From positions 1,619,834 through 1,683,833 of the forward strand of contig MU004189.1 in NCBI GenBank assembly GCA_010093605.1: a stretch of DNA of 64,000 bases, written 5' to 3'. How positions within the stretch are numbered: position 1 is the stretch's first letter; each line of letters starts with the position of its first letter. Shown here piece by piece: positions 58,102-64,000 of this stretch. Made by a program: the position numbers and the translations under genes. Under the pieces are notes generated by a model. The model was given only the letters and a program-made list of their open reading frames with translations. It ran no database searches and had not been told where the DNA came from. Source of the DNA: Lophium mytilinum (Eukaryota).

Positions 58102-59904
58102 TCACGAACCATTCTTCTCCCAAGGAAGGCTAAAGGTGCCCACCCAGTCTTCTACCTCCCTGCGGAGTTGAATGATCTCTGTAACATCCTCTCCTTCTCC
58201 TAGGAACTCCTTGAAAGCATTTACACTGCCGGGATTCTTCCTCTTTTGCTGCTCTGCTTGCTCCTTTGCAGCCTTGTCTAGCTTTTGGGTGATGGAGACT
58301 GCGCGATGAACCACATCTGCAACTCGCCTGAAATCGTCGGGCTGGAACCCCCTCGTAGTCATAGCGGGGCTGCCCATCCGTAGTCCACCTGGTTTCATGG
58401 CCGACTTGTCGCCTGGTACAGTGTTCTTGTTGCTCGCAACTCCGACAAGCTCGAGTACACGCTCAACTCGAGCGCCGTCGACGCCCCTGTCCTTCAAATC
58501 TACCAAAACTAGGTGGTTATCAGTTCCACCGCTGACGACGTTGTAACCCAGGCCTCCCTTCTCTTTTGGACTTCCGAGTCTATCTGCAAGGGCTTTGGCG
58601 TTTTCTAATACGGTTTTCTGGTATTCTTTGAACTCGGGGCTTTGGGCTTGTTGGAGGGCTACGGCCAAAGCTGTGATAGTGTGGTTGTGTGGGCCACCTT
58701 GGTGGCCAGGGAAAACCGAGGCATTGATAGGGCCTTCAAGATCCCATTTCTCTTCGACTCCTTTCTTGTCCACTCTCCTCACCCCCTTGCGGTAGAATAT
58801 CATAGCACCTCGGGGACCGCGCAAGGACTTGTGCGTTGTTGTAGTTACAACGTCAGACTGCAAGAATGGAGAGGGAATCACTCTAGCCGCAACTAGACCT
58901 GAGATATGGGCCATATCTGAGAGGAGGTACGACCCTACCTTGTCAGCTATTTTTCGCATACGCTCATAATCAATCAGTCGGCTATAGGCCGAAGTCCCCG
59001 CGATGATGATTTTCGGACGGTACAAGGTGGCCATGTCCTCCAGCTTGTCATAGTCAATCAACCCCGTTTTTTCGTCCAGCCTGTACGGGAGGGTCTCAAA
59101 GTATTTCGAAATGGCAGATATCTTCTTTGAGGGAATCTGATAACCGTGTGAAAGGTGGCCGCCGTGGGGCAAATCAAGGCCCATGATTCGGTCGTGAACG
59201 TTAAGGAGCGCAGAGTAGGCATATAGATTAGCAGGAGAGCCGGAGAGTGCTGGAATTCTGGGTAAGCTGGTGGTGCATGCATCATTGCCTGAGGACACTC
59301 ACGCTGGACATTTACCCCCCACTCCTGATCAGACAAGCCAAAAGCCTGCAGAGCTCGCTGCTGGCAGAGCCGCTCCGCCTGGTCAATGTATTCGTTTCCG
59401 CCATAGTATCTAGCTCCTGGGTAACCCTCCGAGTACTTGTCTGGTACACTATGGTAAGCTGAGTTCGCAATGGCCTTCTAAATCGACATACTCTGCATCA
59501 CACTACCAAGGGCATCGAGCACGGCCTGCGATGTGAAGTTTTCCGAGGGGATGAGGTTGATAAAATGCTTCTGGCGATTTTTCTCCTACGAGAACGAGGC
59601 ATTGAGTCAGACGTTGTCGCAATTGGAATTTTGAGTGGCGTAGGGCACCTTTTCGATGATGTCGTATACTGTTGGGTCGGCCTCTTCGAGACTGGCCGAA
59701 AGCAGCTGTACTGCCACATTAGACAGCTCTCCCGGAAAGGAGCATGGGGTCACTGCGACCCACCTTGTGCTGGCTGTCGATTGATGCAAGACCCCGCGCC
59801 GTGGTCGGTGTACGTAGAAAGCGGCATGACGGAGGCGATGGGCGGGGCAAGGCATGTGAGAACAGCGAGCGTGAAGCTCGACAACTGCTCCGAAAGGACG
59901 ACAT
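58102..59904 (-). CDS. SHM1: Serine hydroxymethyltransferase, mitochondrial type, multi-exon
   Basis: Arg/Ser-rich presequence; [42 protein letters not shown] lysine [13 protein letters not shown]. Confidence 0.96.
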
Positions 59905-60567
59905 GGCTGCCAGGAGGAAGGGCAGCGTGAGAGAGAGATGCGGGAGTGGTGAGCACAAAGTGGTGTCACGCCGGCATCAGAAGCTTGGATCCATTTAATG
60001 CTGGAGGGAACAATACTCGGTCCGCGCTATGCCTGAAAGACGGTGGCGCTGGTGGCACGGGTGGCGCTCCGGGGTATATAAAGCGCGACTCCAAGGTTGT
60101 TGCAAGTTCTCCATCAGCTATTACCTAAAATGAAGCACCGCGCTCTGCGCCAGACGGCGTCTCCTCGGCTGCAAATTAGCGTGGGCGATGCTGACATGCT
60201 CTCGCCTTCATAGGTACGACACGGGGCACTGTGCGTGGTGTTGATAGTGTTTGGTCGTAGTTTTGTGCCAGCAACGGCTCCCGGTCTGCGTGTCTTCATT
60301 ACGCTTGGAGTGCCTGGCGCGCCTGGTGGGTGTGGTAGGGTGTTCTATGTAGTAGGTAGTGGTCAGGTATATCAATTCATTGCTGTATACTGCTTTCCTG
60401 AGCGGGCTGCCAGCCTGGCGCTCCTTCCACTTTGGACCTTTGGTTGCCTCTACGTGACATTTCCACGGTTCCGCCCGCCTTCTTCGTAGCCCACCCTTCA
60501 TCTCCAGACCGCCAACCTCCATTCCCTTCTTTTCTCACCTCTCCAGCATCGAGGCTTCTGTCCTAGC

Positions 60568-60663
60568 CGCTGCTTTGATCAAAGTCCTCGGCGCTGCTTC
60601 GATCAAACTCCCCGGCGGTGTTTCGATCAGAGCCCTCGACGCTGCTTTGATCAGAGTACTCGC
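60568..60663 (+). repeat. 4 x 24-bp tandem repeat with codon-like variation (RCFDQ[S/T][P/T]R)
   Basis: cgctgctttgatcaaagtcctcgg / cgctgcttcgatcaaactccccgg / cggtgtttcgatcagagccctcga / cgctgctttgatcagagtactcgc. Confidence 0.92.
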
Positions 60664-60818
60664 CGCGTCTCCTGGCGTGCCTAACGTCCTCATTCCCCAG
60701 CCGGCTATCTGCTGGTGCCTCTGCTCAAGCCTTGGAGTATCTTGCATCATCTGTAACCGGAACGCTATCCGCTACCTCTCACATTCACCGTGCTCGAGCC
60801 ACTCAATCTCAACCGACC

Positions 60819-61970
60819 ATGGCTTCGAGCTGCACCCGCTACAACCACCTCACCGGTCGTCCAATTCGAAGGGGCGCCGGCCAAAAGAGGAAGGACGACG
60901 GCTACGTGGACTCGGTTATCATAGAGGACGACATCATCCCCGTTGAATCCTGCTCCGAAGACGAAGATGGCAACCCCACAGTGCGCAAGGTCTCCAAGCG
61001 CAAACGAACTCCCTCACCAACGCCGCCCCCACTCGATGCTCTCATTGACGACGACCTTCCGCCCTGCGAAGAAAGCGACGACGAGGACCAGGATACTGAC
61101 ACGGCCCAGCCGATCGAACTCACCTTCCATATTCCTCCAGGTTTCAAAGGCCCGTTGGTCGTGAGGCTGGATCACAAGCTTTTGGCAACCGCAGGAGCTG
61201 ACTCCAGCTCAACAAAACATAGCATCGACCATGGATCACGCTTATGGTTCGCGAAGCGTCATCGGAAGACAAGTAAGACGATGACCAAACGCCCAGCCAA
61301 GGTTGCCGCAGGCACACACCGACCCAGTGCCACAGGCTTCCTCAAACTGCCGCCAGAGCTGCGAAACAAGATCTACAAGCTCCTCTTCGTTTCGCAGAGT
61401 GAGCTGAGATTCAACAACCCGCAATTCAGCCTGTCTTCTGCTTTCCTACGAACCTGCAAGCAAGTACATGACGAGGGTCGGAGCATCTTGTATGGTGAGG
61501 GCACCTTCGTGTTCGAGAGAAACAGACTCAGCAGGTCACCTTTCTGGGACCCAGTAGCCAAGGAAATTGGTTACAAGGACATGCGCCGATTTCTCACTAT
61601 GATCGGAGATAATCTGGCTCTGCTTCGCCAAGTTAGAGTAGTCTTCGAGGACGCCACCCCATCCTCGCTACCCTACGTCCGAAGCCAAGAAGAACGGCGC
61701 TTCATCCACGACGAGCATCTCATCGAGTGTCTGCGTATTCTTCGTCGCGCAGAGCTTAAAAAGTTTACCCTCTGCTTCCACGGCCGCAAGACGTTGACCG
61801 AGTACGACGGAGCCTCATTCCTTGGACGGGTCTGCGAAATTCAAGCGGACAAGGTTGACATTATTAGCAATCCGAGATGCTGGTATATGGAATCTAAGAT
61901 CCACTATACCGTCAAGGAGCCTTTAGTGAAGTCCATGACGCGGGACACCCCTCTCTATACTGTCAAGTAG
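60819..61970 (+). CDS. Fungal F-box-like (FLxLPxELRxxIY, DUF7730/2EXR-type) protein
   Basis: GFLKLPPELRNKIYKLLF..AFLRTCKQVHDEGRSILYG..F.F, preceded by an acidic/basic disordered N-terminus. An upstream 3' splice signal (cctaac..ccag at 60700) suggests a 5' exon. Confidence 0.8.
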   Translation: MASSCTRYNHLTGRPIRRGAGQKRKDDGYVDSVIIEDDIIPVESCSEDEDGNPTVRKVSKRKRTPSPTPPPLDALIDDDLPPCEESDDEDQDTDTAQPIELTFHIPPGFKGPLVVRLDHKLLATAGADSSSTKHSIDHGSRLWFAKRHRKTSKTMTKRPAKVAAGTHRPSATGFLKLPPELRNKIYKLLFVSQSELRFNNPQFSLSSAFLRTCKQVHDEGRSILYGEGTFVFERNRLSRSPFWDPVAKEIGYKDMRRFLTMIGDNLALLRQVRVVFEDATPSSLPYVRSQEERRFIHDEHLIECLRILRRAELKKFTLCFHGRKTLTEYDGASFLGRVCEIQADKVDIISNPRCWYMESKIHYTVKEPLVKSMTRDTPLYTVK

Positions 61971-62531
61971 TGGACAGGATTACTCTGCCTTGTTACGGGG
62001 TGTGGCATGTCCTTTATAGCTTGTTTCCTGATACCCCTACTTTCAACGTCTCAGGCTTAACACCTTCTTGTACTCTGATCATCAGATTTCCTTCTCTTCT
62101 TTCGAGTTCCTGGTCTCACTTTATCGGGTTGGGGGCGTTCTCTACTTGCATAAAGCTACTACACATTCGATGGCTATGGCGTTTTAATTTTCCGATTAGG
62201 TGCCAGCGAACTTTATAATGTCTACTCTCACGGAGTTACCTTCGGTATCGACGGCATGTACTTAATAGGACAGGTTCAAGTTATGATGGACGCCTGCCTA
62301 TGTAGTTTTTAATGCATGGGATAGCTTAATTTACATATTTTGAAACTAAGCACCACCCGATGTTAGCAGCAGTGATATACTTTTGCGCCATGATCGAATT
62401 TCCTAATTTATAACACCTCTTAAGCGATACCTTACGACATGTCACAAGACAGTCATTGACGACTGTTTTTGAAATGTTATTGTTCGTCCTAAAATTACGA
62501 GTGTGCTTTAGGCATAACAGTTTGCTCCAAT

Positions 62532-63858
62532 TCATTGACTTCTCCGCTTCTTGAACTCGTCAATCCATCCGGAAGCCTTGTCCTTTGGGACTACGTTTAC
62601 CTTGACTAACCCATCCAGAATCTCGCATTTACCGCTGCCAAGGATCTTTCCCATCGCTATCTTCTTCCCAGCTTTGATTAACCCCCCTGATGTTGTCTCC
62701 ATGTAGCATTCCACACCCGCCTTTGTGTACTCTCCAGCGCTGTCCCACGGGACTGGCAAGATGTACTCCAGATGATCCATTAGCCTCTCCGTCTCCTGAA
62801 ACGCTTTGACGAAGTCAGATTGCGCATGCATCGGATACAAGAGCATGACTGGTATTGAAAGTACAGAGGTGGGGTCGAGTGGCTTCTCTAGCTGTATTGC
62901 GGCGTCTTCCATGACTGGTGCTTGCTCCGACGTTCTTGCAACGATGTTTCTCGATTTCAGCGCTAGTCTCAGCGAGCGCTCTTCTGCTTTCTTCCGCTCC
63001 TCGCGCTCGCGGCGCACACGCGCTATAGATTCGAGAGAGTCTTTTCGCGCTGTAATCTTAGTGGCTAGGGTCTTGAGTGGTACATTGAAAGCATCAATGG
63101 CTAAGCCACGGCTGCAGGCGTCTGAAGCTTCTGGGAGCTTATCAAGCGCGAGACAAGCGCTAGCGGACCTGTAGAAGGCTTTGACGTTGGATGGGTTCAG
63201 ACGAAGAGTTGAAGCGCAGTCTTGTATGCAAGAACGATAGTTTTCTAGGGGTCATTTAGTACACGTCGAGCAGAGGATAGCATTCCCGATGAATAAGATA
63301 GTTTCAAAAGCGGAGAACAAAGTCGTGTTTGACGAAAGAAGAACAGCACATAGTAGCAGGAGTCTTACTCTTCTCCAAGTTGCAAAGAGCGCGATTGATG
63401 TAACTCGCTTCCTCAATGTGACGTTCTTTTTCCCGCTCGGTCTCCTCGTCCACCACCACAACATCCATGTCTGCAGGCCCTTCCTCCGCATCTTGGGGCT
63501 GCAGTGGCGCCTTCAGAGCGGCTATGGCTTTGTTGTAGAACTCTTTGGCGTCCGCCCACATCTTCGTCCGCGCAAGGTCATTGCCTTGCTGCCGGAAGTT
63601 CTCTGCGACTTCCGCGCGCGTTCCTTCGTATGCTAGCGCCTTCAGCGCCTCGAGCTCTATGTTCTCGCCGCCCTCGCCATCCGTCTCGTCCAAGGACGTC
63701 ATGAACAGCGGGACGCGATTCATGTCTTGCAAGACATCGTGCGTGGACTGTGCTTGGATTGACGCCATGGCGGGCGGCAGTGCCGCTGAAGGCTGGGCTG
63801 GCGCATCTTCCAGCTTCAGGTCGCCCATCATCTGTTCTGCGGGCGCAGCTTGTGGCAT
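62532..63858 (-). CDS. CNS1: TPR Hsp70/Hsp90 co-chaperone Cns1/TTC4; intron ~63245-63368
   Basis: MNRVPLFMTSLD..LEALKALAYEG..AENFRQQGN, YINRALCNLEK spliced to NYRSCIQDC..NVKAFYRS, and Wheel domain PVMLLYPMHAQSDF..GGLIKAGKK. Confidence 0.93.
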
Positions 63859-64000
63859 GGTCTCTGGAAGTGCGGAGAGTCGTGCCGCAAATTTCCTGGA
63901 TGAATGGCGTCTATCAGATTCAAGAAGTTTTTGATATGAATCACGTGTCCAGGGAAGCGAGGATAAGCTAAACTCAACGTCACTTCAGCTCGGGTTATGG

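Noticed and set aside
60568..60663. CRISPR-like array
   Set aside because: Units are directly adjacent with no unique spacers, the context is eukaryotic and there are no cas genes. The same applies to the repeats at 35251 and 7949.

Overview
Eukaryotic, intron-rich DNA from a filamentous ascomycete (Pezizomycotina; a Dothideomycete is my guess). About 24 protein-coding loci are supported. The left half mixes accessory and core genes: a 5'-truncated ABCC transporter, an orphan membrane protein, an Ayg1-type hydrolase, a CorA-like protein, hexokinase, a saccharopine-dehydrogenase-like enzyme, a broken LRR-like gene, an F-box gene and a glyoxalase / zinc-finger TF / SDR trio. The right half is mostly housekeeping: phosphomutase, sphingolipid delta-8 desaturase, SCJ1, uS17m, CDC7, condensin YCS4/Cnd1, OST3, SHM1 and CNS1. 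No intact transposon, rRNA, canonical tRNA or CRISPR was seen. The most notable unexplained signals are (1) a ~240-nt structured Pol III-type transcription unit with A box, B box, terminal hairpin and T-runs at ~30031-30268 (-) that is not a tRNA; (2) a 4 x 24-bp repeat at 60568-60663 whose variation is almost all synonymous and which reads (RCFDQ[S/T]PR)n with dibasic RR junctions but has no obvious start codon; (3) a stand-alone RapZ C-terminal-like protein with an RG/RGG tail; and (4) recurrent strand-symmetric C-rich to G-rich skew switches. Exon boundaries were inferred by eye from GT..AG and CTRAC motifs. Family calls come from motif recognition, not database searches.
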